Of a stretch of 64,000 bases of DNA, positions 1 to 8,969 are shown one piece after another. The first letter of the stretch is position 1. Each line of letters opens with the position of its first letter. This stretch comes from an uncultured Candidatus Rokubacteria bacterium (GTDB lineage: Bacteria > Methylomirabilota > Methylomirabilia > Rokubacteriales > DASRDR01), in contig CAVPSB010000012.1 in assembly GCA_963708025.1 (NCBI GenBank), forward strand, positions 411,195 to 475,194. The letters run 5' to 3'. A program made the translations under genes and the position numbers. Below the pieces are notes generated by a model, which was given only the letters and a program-made list of their open reading frames with translations, was not told where the DNA came from and searched no databases.

Positions 1-246
1 GTACCCGAACCACGACGAAACGCCGCCGAAGACCGCGGCCAGCGTGGCCGCGATGGGAATCGGCAGGCCACCCCGCCGGGCTGTCCGGGACGCGTCGTAG
101 CCCAAGACGAACAGGTCGAAGCCGAAGCCGAGGAAGGCCAGGAGCAGGACGAAGACACCGATCAGGAACCAGGTCATCCGCTTGTTCGCCGCCTGCTCGG
201 CGAAGAGGTTCCGCGGCGTCGCCGGCCGCGGCGGCCCTTCGGCCAT
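1..246 (-). CDS. htpX: M48/HtpX-like membrane protease, 5' part (runs off the window)
   Basis: Manual translation from ATG 246: MAEGPPRPATPRNLFAEQAANKRMTWFLIGVFVLLLAFLGFG... The 'N.F.QxxxNKRxT' + TM start is typical of LemA-associated HtpX. It lies downstream of lemA. The catalytic motif is outside the window. Confidence 0.7.
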   Translation of the reverse strand, partial: MAEGPPRPATPRNLFAEQAANKRMTWFLIGVFVLLLAFLGFGFDLFVLGYDASRTARRGGLPIPIAATLAAVFGGVSSWFGY

Positions 247-249
247 GTC

Positions 250-411
250 TCAGCCTTGCCGGGGGGGAGCTGCGCGCTCCATCCGAATCGCCGCGGCGCC
301 CACCCGCAACCGGGTACGGGCCTGCGGCCCTCGGGACGCCGCGTCCCTCCGGTGGCCCGGGTCCCCCCTCCGGGCGTCCCGTCGCTCGCGCATCCGCGGT
401 GATGGCTGCAC
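250..411 (-). repeat. GC-rich palindromic insert between lemA and htpX that reads as a 53-aa mini-ORF
   Basis: Shares motifs with the 48040-49003 repeats (G-run, CCACCGGAGGG, GGCC-GCA-GGCC hairpin, GATGG, C-run). GTG 411 is 6 nt after the lemA stop and TGA 250 is 3 nt before the htpX ATG. Confidence 0.55.
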
Positions 412-417
412 GGGGGC

Positions 418-969
418 TCAGCGCCCGCCCAGATCCACGCGGGGGACCGCGCGCTCGGCCGCCTCCATCTCGAAGAACTCGGCGGGGCGGAAGCCGAGGG
501 CGCTGGCCACCAGGTTCAGGGGGAAGACCTGTTGGCGGGTGTTGAAGCGGGCCGCCATGTCGTTGTAGAGCTGGCGGGCGAAGCCGATCCGGTTCTCGGT
601 GCTGACCAGCTCTTCCTGGAGCGCCAGGACGTTCTGGTTGGCCTTGAGGTCGGGATAGCGCTCCATCACGGCGATCAGGCGTCCCACCGCCTGGCTGAGC
701 TGGCCCTCGGCCTGGCCGACCTGGGCGGCACCGGCCGCGTTCATGGCCCGCGCCCGCGCCTCGCTCACCCGTTCGAAGATCTCGCGCTCGTGCTGCATGT
801 AACCCTTGACGGCGGCGACCAGGTTCGGGACCAGGTCGTGGCGGCGCTTGAGCTGTACGTCGATCTGGGCCCAGGCGTTCTTGACCTGGTTCCGCAGCCC
901 GACCAGGCTGTTGTAGAGCCAGATCGCGATCGCGGCGAGGGCGATCACCACCACCAGCCCCAGGGTCAT
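418..969 (-). CDS. lemA: LemA family protein
   Basis: N-terminal TM, YNSLV..NAWAQIDVQLKRRHDLVPNLV, YPDLKANQN, ENRIGFARQLYN motifs. Confidence 0.95.
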   Translation of the reverse strand: MTLGLVVVIALAAIAIWLYNSLVGLRNQVKNAWAQIDVQLKRRHDLVPNLVAAVKGYMQHEREIFERVSEARARAMNAAGAAQVGQAEGQLSQAVGRLIAVMERYPDLKANQNVLALQEELVSTENRIGFARQLYNDMAARFNTRQQVFPLNLVASALGFRPAEFFEMEAAERAVPRVDLGGR

Positions 970-1057
970 CGGCCTACCCTCCGGTCAGACAGGGCGCACC
1001 ACACCCGCCATCGGCGAGGCGCCATCGGCGAGGCGATTGTAGCGGACTCGGCGCCGG

Positions 1058-2140
1058 TCAGTCGACCCAATCGGCGACGAACACGTTGAACTCGCGCGGC
1101 GCGGCGGCGCCGCGGCTCGAGCAGAAGACGAGCCGGGACCCGTCGCGGGAGAACATCGGGAAGGCGGCGAACGACTCCGCGTAGGTGAGGCGCTCGAGGC
1201 CACCGCCGTCGCGGCGCACCAGGTAGAGGGCGAAGTCGAAGCGCCCCGGGTCGTGCAGGTTGGAGGCGAAGACGATCCGCTCGCCGTCGGGGTGGAGGAA
1301 GGGCGCCCAGTTGGCGGCGCCGTTGGCGGTGACCTGCCGGGTCCCGGTGCCGTCGGCGTCCATGACGAACAGCTCGGCGCGGTGCGGCCGCACGAGGCCC
1401 TGGGCCAGGAGGGCCCGGTACTCGGCCAGCCCCGCCGCGTCGGGCGGGTGCCAGGCGCGCCAGACGATCTGCCGGCCGTCCCACGAGAAGAAGGGTCCGC
1501 CGTCGTAACCGGGCCGGTCGGTCAGGCGTCGGATCCCGCCCCCGTCGGCATCCCAGAGGTAGAGGTCGAGGTCCCCGTCGCGAAGCGAGGTGAACAGGAC
1601 CCGCCGCCCGTCGGCAGCGACCGAGCCCTCCGCGTCGTAGCCGGGGTGGGCCACGAGCCGCGTGGTGCCGCTCCCGTCGGAGGCGCAGGTGTAGAGGTCG
1701 TAGTCGTAGAGCGGCCAGACGTAGCCGCGCGAGCGATCGGGCGCGGGCGGGCAGTCCGGGCCCGCGTGGTGGGTGGAGGCGTACAGGAGCCGGCTCCCGT
1801 CGGGAAAGAACCAGGCGCAGGTGGTGCGGCCCCGACCGGTCGAGACCAGGCGCACCTGACTGCCGTCGGCGTCCATCGTGAAGATCTGGTCGCAGCCGAA
1901 CGGCGGACGCGTGGACTGGAAGACCAGGCGCCGGCCCGTCCCGTCGAAGTAGGCCTCGGCGTTCTGGCCGCCGAAGGTGAGCTGGCGGAGGCTGCCCAGG
2001 TGCCGCTCCCGCGGGTCCCGCGGCGGCGCCGGGCCGGCGGCCCGCGCCCGCCGGGCGCCCAGGTGCTCGCGGAGCGCGGCGGCCGCTCCGGCGAGGCCGA
2101 GCCGCAACAGCGCGCGCCGATCGAGCGCCCGGTCCAGCAC
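1058..2140 (-). CDS. Tat-exported TolB-like (PD40 beta-propeller) protein
   Basis: DRRALLR twin-arginine signal; QLTFGGQNAEAYF, GYDAEG, GYDGGPFFS, ANWAPF repeats. Confidence 0.85.
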   Translation of the reverse strand: MLDRALDRRALLRLGLAGAAAALREHLGARRARAAGPAPPRDPRERHLGSLRQLTFGGQNAEAYFDGTGRRLVFQSTRPPFGCDQIFTMDADGSQVRLVSTGRGRTTCAWFFPDGSRLLYASTHHAGPDCPPAPDRSRGYVWPLYDYDLYTCASDGSGTTRLVAHPGYDAEGSVAADGRRVLFTSLRDGDLDLYLWDADGGGIRRLTDRPGYDGGPFFSWDGRQIVWRAWHPPDAAGLAEYRALLAQGLVRPHRAELFVMDADGTGTRQVTANGAANWAPFLHPDGERIVFASNLHDPGRFDFALYLVRRDGGGLERLTYAESFAAFPMFSRDGSRLVFCSSRGAAAPREFNVFVADWVD

Positions 2141-2203
2141 TACGAGCCCGTAGGAGTCTGGCGTGTTACAGGCCTTGCGACATGAGCCATGAAGAGCCTC
2201 CGA

Positions 2204-2265
2204 GCGGCGGCTTTGCCGCCGCCACGACAGGGGGGCATCGGGGGGGTCTTCCGAGACCCCCCCGA
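2204..2265. repeat. Palindromic intergenic repeat (two hairpins)
   Basis: GCGGCGGC-TTT-GCCGCCGC (2204-2222) and a perfect 12-bp IR TCGGGGGGGTCT-TCCG-AGACCCCCCCGA (2238-2265). A near-identical hairpin occurs at 17429-17457. Confidence 0.8.
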
Positions 2266-2271
2266 AGGATA

Positions 2272-2781
2272 CTATCGGGCGTCGGGCAGTCCGACCGCCT
2301 TCCGGATCTTGGCGAGCTGACCGGCGTGGTTGTTCCAGTGGAAGTCGAACATCCCGCCGACGAACATGGCCAGGGAGATCTCGTCAGTCCCCATGAACTG
2401 CTTGAACAGCGGGATCCGGAGCTTCCGGCGCGCGAGGTCCTCCTCCGGCAAGCTGTCGAGGTACTGGTAAACGCCACGACGCTGGGCGTCCAGGGAATCA
2501 GAGTACTGCTTCAGCGTCATCGCGCGTCGCTCCGGCGTCATGTGGACCTCGCCGGGCTTGAACTCCACGACCGCGTAGTCGCGCTCCGAGAACGTCTTGA
2601 GGAGATCGACCGGGTTCGAGCCCGGCTGGAAGAGCAGGTGCGACAGCACCTCCCGGGCGGTCCATTCGCCGGGGGCATCGGACCTCTCCAGGTGCGGCTC
2701 CATGCCCTGGAGCTGTCGCGTGAGGTTCCCCCAGGCGGCGTCCGTCTTGCCTCGCAGCTCGTTGACGGTCTTGTTCGGCAT
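2272..2781 (-). CDS. DinB/YfiT-like four-helix metal-binding protein
   Basis: GEWTAREVLSHL and C-terminal HWNNHAGQL His motifs; strong GGAGG RBS. Confidence 0.8.
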   Translation of the reverse strand: MPNKTVNELRGKTDAAWGNLTRQLQGMEPHLERSDAPGEWTAREVLSHLLFQPGSNPVDLLKTFSERDYAVVEFKPGEVHMTPERRAMTLKQYSDSLDAQRRGVYQYLDSLPEEDLARRKLRIPLFKQFMGTDEISLAMFVGGMFDFHWNNHAGQLAKIRKAVGLPDAR

Positions 2782-2784
2782 CGG

Positions 2785-4635
2785 TCACCTCCGTTGCTCC
2801 AGGGTTGCTTGCATGGTCCGCTCGACGCCGCCGCGGACGACCGTCACCTCGACGATGTCGCCGGCGCGGCGGGTCCTCAGCACAAACGTGAAATCGTCCA
2901 GGGTGCGGATGCTCACGCCGGCGAAGCGGACGATGACGTCGCCCGCCTGGAGCCCGGCGCGCTCGGCGGGGCTACCCGGCCGCACCCCGCTCACCCGGAC
3001 GCCGGGCGTCGGGCTCTCGCCGAAGTCCGGGACCGACCCGAAGTAGGGGCCGTACCCGCCGGCGCCGCGCCCGGAGGGTGGCGCCGCCGGCGCCACCCGG
3101 ACGAAGGTCACGCGGTCGGGGCGGTCGGCCAGCGCCTGCACCGCGCGGTAGGCGACCGCGACAACCTTCCGCATGCCCTCGGCGTTGATCTTGTCGGCGG
3201 TGTCGCTCGGCCGGTGGTAGTCCCCGTGGGTCCCGGTGAAGAAGAACGCGACCGGCCGATCCCGGTTCACGAACGCCGTATGATCCGACGGCCCGACGCC
3301 GTCGCCGCGCAACACGAGCTTCACGGAGAGCCCCGCCGCCGCCTGCTCGACCAGCGCCCGGAGCCCTTGCCCGGTGTCCACCCCCATCACGTAGAGCTGG
3401 TCGTCGCGCATCCGTCCCACCATGTCGAAGTTGACCATCGCCACCGTCCGCTCGATCGGCACCGGCGGCTGGCGGACGTAGTGGGTCGAGCCGAGCAGGC
3501 CCAGCTCTTCGCCGGAGAAGGCGGCGAAGACCAGGCTCCGTCGGGCGCCGCCGGCCCTGGTGAACGCCTCCGCCAGCCCGAGGACGGCGGCCGTCCCCGA
3601 CGCGTTGTCGTCGGCGCCCGGGTGGACATCATCGGTCTCGGCGGCGGCGAGCGAGAAGGGACTGCCGCGGCCGAGGTGGTCGTAGTGGGCGCCGACCACG
3701 ACGACCTCGTCGCGCAGCCCGGGGTCGGTGCCCGGCAGCAGGCCGACGACGTTCGCCGTCCGTCCGTGCTCGCGGACGAGCGCGATCCGCAGGTGGGCCG
3801 TGACCCCGGGAAGCGGTCGCGACTGCGGTGCCAGGCGGCGGTCGATCTCGGCCCGGAGGGCCGGGAGGCCGAGACCGGCCGGGGCGAGGAGCGCGTCCGC
3901 CACGGCGCGGGTGGCGCTCACCGCGAAGATGCCCCAGGCCGGCGTGGTGCCCCGGATGGGGCGCGGCGCGTCCTGGGCGCGAGCGGGGGTCTCGACGACG
4001 ACGATGGCGGCCGCCCCGTGCTCGCGGGCGTTCAGGATCTTGTGCCGAAGCTCGGTGTAGTGGAAGTGCTCGGGCGGCCGGAAGGGCCCCTGCGGGTTCT
4101 GCTCCTGCGGCTCGCCGGTCATGACCAGGACGACCTTGCCCCGGGCGTCGAGCCCCGCGTAGTCGTCGTAGCCGAGCGGGGGCGCCGTGATGCCGTAGCC
4201 GGCGAAGACCACCTCGCCCGACGCCTCCCCGTCGTCCGAGAAGGTGAACGGAAGGAAGTCCGCGCCGGCGTTGAACGGCCGCCCGGCCGCCCCGGCGGCC
4301 GAGACCTCCAGGCGGTTGTCGGCGCCGAGGCGCACGCGGGTCAGGACGGTGAAGGGCTGGAGGTACGTCCCCCCACCCTCGCCCAGCGGACGGAGCCCGA
4401 TCCGGCGAAAGTGATCCGCGAGGTACTGGGCCGTCCGATCCGCGCCCGGTGTCCCGGTGGCACGGCCGTCCATGGCGGGCGCCGCCAGATCGCGCACCCA
4501 GCCCAGGAGGCGCGTGGCGTCCGGTAGGGGATCGCCGGCTCCGAGGGCGGCACCGGCGAGGATCAGGAGGCCGGCGACCGTCAGGAGCCGGAGTCGGGTT
4601 GCGGTTATTCGGGACCTCCCGCCCGCCCGATCCAT
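2785..4635 (-). CDS. M28 family aminopeptidase with PA and C-terminal PDZ domains
   Basis: Signal peptide; VFAGYGI (PA); GAHYDHLG, GADDNASG, SGEELGLLGS, SDH, HGDYH; GSPAERAGLQAGDVI (PDZ). Start uncertain (4635 or 4713). Confidence 0.9.
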   Translation of the reverse strand: MDRAGGRSRITATRLRLLTVAGLLILAGAALGAGDPLPDATRLLGWVRDLAAPAMDGRATGTPGADRTAQYLADHFRRIGLRPLGEGGGTYLQPFTVLTRVRLGADNRLEVSAAGAAGRPFNAGADFLPFTFSDDGEASGEVVFAGYGITAPPLGYDDYAGLDARGKVVLVMTGEPQEQNPQGPFRPPEHFHYTELRHKILNAREHGAAAIVVVETPARAQDAPRPIRGTTPAWGIFAVSATRAVADALLAPAGLGLPALRAEIDRRLAPQSRPLPGVTAHLRIALVREHGRTANVVGLLPGTDPGLRDEVVVVGAHYDHLGRGSPFSLAAAETDDVHPGADDNASGTAAVLGLAEAFTRAGGARRSLVFAAFSGEELGLLGSTHYVRQPPVPIERTVAMVNFDMVGRMRDDQLYVMGVDTGQGLRALVEQAAAGLSVKLVLRGDGVGPSDHTAFVNRDRPVAFFFTGTHGDYHRPSDTADKINAEGMRKVVAVAYRAVQALADRPDRVTFVRVAPAAPPSGRGAGGYGPYFGSVPDFGESPTPGVRVSGVRPGSPAERAGLQAGDVIVRFAGVSIRTLDDFTFVLRTRRAGDIVEVTVVRGGVERTMQATLEQRR

Positions 4636-4722
4636 CGACGGCCTTCGGCCTTTGGCCGGGGGGAGGGGGGAGCGGGAGGACGGCATCGTGTCACACGCTC
4701 TCGACTTCCTCATGGGGCTCCG

Positions 4723-4830
4723 CTAGTGCCGTTCCAACTTGTTCCAGCTAGTGCTTTTCGGGGAATGCGCCAAGTCCGTGCTTCGAGGATTGCTTGCCCA
4801 TTTTGGCTCATGGAGTTGGAACGGCACTAG
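4723..4830. mobile_element. MITE-like element, 108 bp
   Basis: Perfect 17-bp terminal IR CTAGTGCCGTTCCAACT / AGTTGGAACGGCACTAG, CTAG at both ends, lower-GC interior, no transposase. Confidence 0.8.
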
Positions 4831-5525
4831 CGCGGCAGGTGGACGGTGCGGAAGCCCTCCGCGTAGGTGTAGCCGTGGGGCTTCCCGACATCGGCGGCGC
4901 GCTCGCGGACCCGTGCCTCCACGCCGGCGAAATCCTTGAGCTGGCTCTGGTGGCAGCGGAGGGCGGCCAGCTTCTGCTCCATGGTCCCCGTGATGTCCAC
5001 GAACAGGTCGGGCTCCTCGTGGCCCATCAGGTAAACCTCGCGCACCTTGTGCGGCTGCCAGCCCTCGGCCAGGAGCTCCGCGAAGTGGAGCCGGTCCCGG
5101 GCATAGGGATAGACGGCGTCGAGCGCCAGGCGCCCGGCGTGGCGGTGGTCCCGATGGCCGGAGTACGGGTTCAGGCTCGGGAAGGGGCTCTGGGCGACGA
5201 CCCGCTCCGGGCGGAACCGCCGGATCGCCCGGACCACGTCGCGGCGCGCCTCGCGCGTGTCCTCCAGCTCCCCGTCGGGGTACCCGAGAAAGATGGTGTC
5301 CCTGACCCCGAGCGCGCGGGCGGCCGCCCGTTGCTCGTCCTCCCGGATCGCGGCCAGGCGCTCCGGTGTCATGGCCGGATCGTCGGAGCCCCGGTTGCCG
5401 TTCGTGAGGATGCAGTAGAAGACGTCGCGACCCTCGCCCACCCACCGCGCGGTGCTGCCCGCGCAGCCGAATTCGGCGTCGTCGGGATGGGCGACGATCA
5501 CGAGGATCCGGCGCACCTCGGTCAC
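4827..5525 (-). CDS. PIG-L/LmbE family N-acetylglucosaminyl deacetylase
   Basis: AHPDDAEFG, YPDGEL, HRDH, HQSQ motifs; GTG 5525 with AGGGAGG RBS. Confidence 0.9.
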   Translation of the reverse strand: MTEVRRILVIVAHPDDAEFGCAGSTARWVGEGRDVFYCILTNGNRGSDDPAMTPERLAAIREDEQRAAARALGVRDTIFLGYPDGELEDTREARRDVVRAIRRFRPERVVAQSPFPSLNPYSGHRDHRHAGRLALDAVYPYARDRLHFAELLAEGWQPHKVREVYLMGHEEPDLFVDITGTMEQKLAALRCHQSQLKDFAGVEARVRERAADVGKPHGYTYAEGFRTVHLPR

Positions 5526-5704
5526 TGGGGCCTCCCTTGCTGGACGTTGGAACCCGCGTCGCGTCGGCTTCACTCTATCACGCGCTCCGACGGAGACGGG
5601 TTCGCCCCGGGTGGTCGCTTGGACACTCCGGGAGGGAGTGCGTCAGCGTGGCCCGAACACCCCGACGCGAGTGCCCGTCCGAATCGACGAGGGAGGAGCC
5701 GGCC

Positions 5705-5980
5705 ATGTGGAACGTCGCGATCTGCCTGGCCGTGCTGGTGTTCGTGGCGGGGTGCGGATCATCCCACCGCCGGTCCAGTCCTCAGTCCCAATCGTCACAG
5801 GAGCAGCGGCAGGGGACCGGCGGGAGCTGGACCCCGGGTGGGGCGACGTCGCTCACGGCCGAAGTGCCGTGCCCACAAACCGCAGCCGACTGCGCGCGCC
5901 AGCTGGAGGCGCAGGCCCGGGCGGCCGGGGTGCGCGTCACCGTGCGGGAGACCCGGCCAAAGAACCGAGGCTTCTCCTGA
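5705..5980 (+). CDS. Small putative lipoprotein (91 aa)
   Basis: GGAGG RBS; MWNVAICLAVLVFVAG-C lipobox. Confidence 0.65.
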   Translation: MWNVAICLAVLVFVAGCGSSHRRSSPQSQSSQEQRQGTGGSWTPGGATSLTAEVPCPQTAADCARQLEAQARAAGVRVTVRETRPKNRGFS

Positions 5981-6104
5981 GTGGGCGACGTGCAGAGATA
6001 GCCAGCGTTCACGCCAGGTTACCCAGCATCACCCATCGCGATCGGGCGCCCCCCTGACGCTCCTCCGAGGCGGCAGCTTGCCCGCGGTGCTCCCACCCGA
6101 GATG

Positions 6105-6135
6105 CTGGACAAACGAGAAACGTCGGTTTATCATT
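6105..6135 (+). promoter_or_regulatory. Probable sigma70 promoter with overlapping imperfect palindrome (possible IclR autoregulatory site)
   Basis: TGGACA...TATCAT; ACGAGAAAC-GTCG-GTTTATCAT dyad in an AT-rich patch. Confidence 0.45.
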
Positions 6136-6175
6136 CTGCTCGACGCCTGTTTGGGAGTTGGGGAGCCCAACCATC

Positions 6176-6964
6176 ATGAAGAAGGCAAAGTCGGACTACC
6201 TGATCCAGTCGGTCAGCCGGGCGCTGGACATCCTCGAGGCGTTCGCGATCGGGCAGGAAGAGCTGGGCGTGACCGAGCTCTCGCGGAAGCTCAAGCTGCA
6301 CAAGAACAACGTCTTCCGTCTTCTGGCCACGCTCGAGACGCGCGGGTACGTCGAGCAGGACAAGGAGACGGGGAACTACCGGCTCGGCATGAAGACCTTC
6401 GAGGTCGCGAGCGTGTTCCTCCATCACCTCGGGGTCGCCACGCAGGCCCGACCCGTCCTCGAGCAGCTGGCCGCCGAGACGGGTGAGACCGCGTACCTCG
6501 CCGTCCTCGACGGCCCGTGGGCGGTCTGCGTGGACATGGTCGAGACGGGCCACGCGGTCCGCGTCGTGTCGCAGCTGGGCCGCCGGCTCCCGGCTCACGC
6601 GAGCGCGCTCGGCAAGGCGCAGCTCGCGTTTCGGCCCCAGGAGGAGCTGGAGCAGCTCTGGAAGCAGCACGAGCTGGCGGCGGTCACCGGTCGCAGCATC
6701 ACCGATGCGGGCCGGCTCGGCGAGACGCTGGCGCAGGTCGCCGCCCAGGAGCTGGCCGTCGAGGACGAGGAGTTCGCCCCGGGGGTGCGCGGCGTGGCGG
6801 CGCCGGTGCGGGACTACCAGAAGCGGGTCGTCGCGGCCGTCGGCGTGACGGGTCCCGTCCTGCGCCTGACGCTCGAACGGCTCCAGGGCGAGCTGGCTCC
6901 GCGCGTGAAGGGCGCGGCGCAGAGCCTGTCGAGACGCCTCGGCTATGCCGTCATTCCAGGGTGA
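6176..6964 (+). CDS. IclR family transcriptional regulator
   Basis: IQSVSRALDILE, HTH, GRRLPAHASALGKA, EEFAPGVRGVAAPV. Confidence 0.95.
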   Translation: MKKAKSDYLIQSVSRALDILEAFAIGQEELGVTELSRKLKLHKNNVFRLLATLETRGYVEQDKETGNYRLGMKTFEVASVFLHHLGVATQARPVLEQLAAETGETAYLAVLDGPWAVCVDMVETGHAVRVVSQLGRRLPAHASALGKAQLAFRPQEELEQLWKQHELAAVTGRSITDAGRLGETLAQVAAQELAVEDEEFAPGVRGVAAPVRDYQKRVVAAVGVTGPVLRLTLERLQGELAPRVKGAAQSLSRRLGYAVIPG

Positions 6965-6989
6965 CCCCGGCCCCGACTGATCCCCCTTC

Positions 6990-7250
6990 GTGACGCGCCC
7001 CGATTCGGCGACGGGGGCTCTCCGCCAGCGGTTTCGCCGCCATCGCCACCGAGCCCTCGGCGCCTCGGCTCTGCTCCTGACGCCGCTCGGCTTCGTCGGC
7101 TGGCTCCTCGGCGCACCCCAGGGGCTCGCCGGCATCCGGCTCGCCGAGGTGAGTCTCGCCTGGTGGGCGGTGGCCGCCGCCTGGCTGCTCGGGCTGGCCG
7201 CCCTCGTTCTCCGCCCCCGGGCGGGCCGCCCCGGCGGCGAGCCCCGGTAG
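6990..7250 (+). CDS. Small two-TM protein, possibly a symporter small subunit
   Basis: Two hydrophobic segments, directly upstream of the symporter-like gene. Confidence 0.5.
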   Translation: MTRPDSATGALRQRFRRHRHRALGASALLLTPLGFVGWLLGAPQGLAGIRLAEVSLAWWAVAAAWLLGLAALVLRPRAGRPGGEPR

Positions 7251-7259
7251 GCGGCGCGG

Positions 7260-8885
7260 TTGGTGGTCGCGGCGCTCCGGCTTGCCGGGGTCTGGCTGTC
7301 GCCCGCGATTCTCTTCGGGACGGCGCCGCTCCTGCTCGCCGACGGCACCCGCGGGCTGTGGCCGCCGCTCGTGCTGGCGGCCGCCGCCTCGCTCGTCGTC
7401 GTGGTGCTCGCCGCCCCCTGGGCTCGCCTCGGGGCGGACGGACGCCCGACGCTCCTCGATCTCGTGCGACAGCGGGCCCCGATCGCTATCGACGCCGGGC
7501 TCCCGCTGGGCGTGGCCGTGCCGGGCGCTGCGGTCCTGTTCCTGTGGGCTCAGCTCGCCGCCGCCCGCGAGCTGGCGCGCGCGCTCGCCTGGCCGGAAGC
7601 GGTGGCGGTGGGGACCGGGCTGCTGGGGCTTGCGCTGGGTGGCTGGACCGAGCGTGTCGAGCGCCGGCTCGCCGCCGCCGGGGGCGCCTTGGCCGTGGCC
7701 GGGCTCGTCCTGCCCCTCGTCATGGTCGGCGGCGCGACGGATCCGGTGTGGCCCCGCGTCTGGAGCGCGGTCGCCTCGCGGCCGCGCGTGGTCTTCGAGG
7801 GGCCCGGGACGGGGGTGCCGGAAGGTCAGCCCGTGCGCGGCCCGGGCCGCCAGACCGAGCTGCGGATCAGCGAGGAGCAGCGCCTCACGCTGCTCGGACG
7901 GGGGCCGGTCCGTCTCGACCCGCGGGACGGCGGCGGGTGGACCCGCGAGGTCACGGGGCCGCTCGCGCTGACCCTGCGTCCCGGCGATCGCCTCGTCGTC
8001 CCCGACGGCTTTCCCGTCCGGTTCCAGCCCGGGCGCGCGATTCCCGGGGCGCCGTCCACCGGGGCGGACTGGGTGGATCCGGGCGACGGTGGGGGAAGCC
8101 CGCGGCGACTCGCCGGGCTCGCCGTCACGCTGCTCGTCGGGGCGCTCGGGCTGGCGCCGGTGCACGGCGCATTGCCCGCGGGCCGATTCGCCGACGACCG
8201 TGCGGCCGCCCTGGGCGCCGTCCTCGCCGCCGCCGGCCAGGCGGCCGCCGTCCTGTGGGCGCTCTACGCCGTCTGGCTCACGCCCGAGATCTACGCCGGC
8301 GGCGTGGTCGGGAGCGAGGTGTACGAGCTGCCCGGCCGGATCGCGGGGCGAGTCGGCCTGGCCGGGCCGCTGGGTGCCCTGGTGTGGCTCGGCTTCGTGG
8401 GCGGCGGACTGGCCGCCGGACTCGCCGCGCTCGGCGGCTTGCCCTCGAGCTTCGGTGCCGCCGGCCCCGGCGACTCGCGGCGGGCCCCGGCGATCCGGCT
8501 GGCCGTGCTCGGACTCGCGGGTCTCCTGGCGATCCTCGGGCCCGCCGACGCTTGGCCGGTGGTGCTGGGCGCCTTCGGCCTGGCCGCCTCGGCCTGTGCG
8601 CCGGCCGCGGTCCTCGCCTGCTGGCGCGAGCGGATCGGTCCCGCCGCCCTCGGAGCCGGCGCCGGCGTCGGCCTGGCGGCGTTTCTCGCGCTGACGGCCG
8701 TCCACCTCGTGAGTGGGGCGGGTGGGGCAGTGACGGCGGACCGCTCGTGGCTGGGCTGGCTGGCCGCCTGGCCGGCGCTGGTGGCGGCGCCGCTGAACGC
8801 CCTCACCGCCTGGCTGCTCTCGTCCGCGCCGCGACCGTCGCCGCGGACGCCGCTGCCGCCGGGGCTTGCCGAGCTGCACGGGTAG
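7260..8885 (+). CDS. Divergent sodium:solute symporter (ActP/SSS-like) with an inserted soluble domain
   Basis: Many TMs; [24 protein letters not shown]-like segments; ~100-aa hydrophilic insert. Confidence 0.6.
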   Translation: MVVAALRLAGVWLSPAILFGTAPLLLADGTRGLWPPLVLAAAASLVVVVLAAPWARLGADGRPTLLDLVRQRAPIAIDAGLPLGVAVPGAAVLFLWAQLAAARELARALAWPEAVAVGTGLLGLALGGWTERVERRLAAAGGALAVAGLVLPLVMVGGATDPVWPRVWSAVASRPRVVFEGPGTGVPEGQPVRGPGRQTELRISEEQRLTLLGRGPVRLDPRDGGGWTREVTGPLALTLRPGDRLVVPDGFPVRFQPGRAIPGAPSTGADWVDPGDGGGSPRRLAGLAVTLLVGALGLAPVHGALPAGRFADDRAAALGAVLAAAGQAAAVLWALYAVWLTPEIYAGGVVGSEVYELPGRIAGRVGLAGPLGALVWLGFVGGGLAAGLAALGGLPSSFGAAGPGDSRRAPAIRLAVLGLAGLLAILGPADAWPVVLGAFGLAASACAPAAVLACWRERIGPAALGAGAGVGLAAFLALTAVHLVSGAGGAVTADRSWLGWLAAWPALVAAPLNALTAWLLSSAPRPSPRTPLPPGLAELHG

Positions 8886-8969
8886 CGCAGTCCTCCGACT
8901 TGCCCCGCGAAGATACTTCGGGCAGGATAGCGACGGTTCCGACTTCGTCGAGTCGGAACCGGGAGTGAC

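Noticed and set aside
5981-6100. Possible riboswitch or ncRNA in intergenic DNA (also 16730-16950, 12810-12990)
   Set aside because: No recognisable aptamer or tRNA motifs by eye; an Rfam/Infernal scan would be needed.
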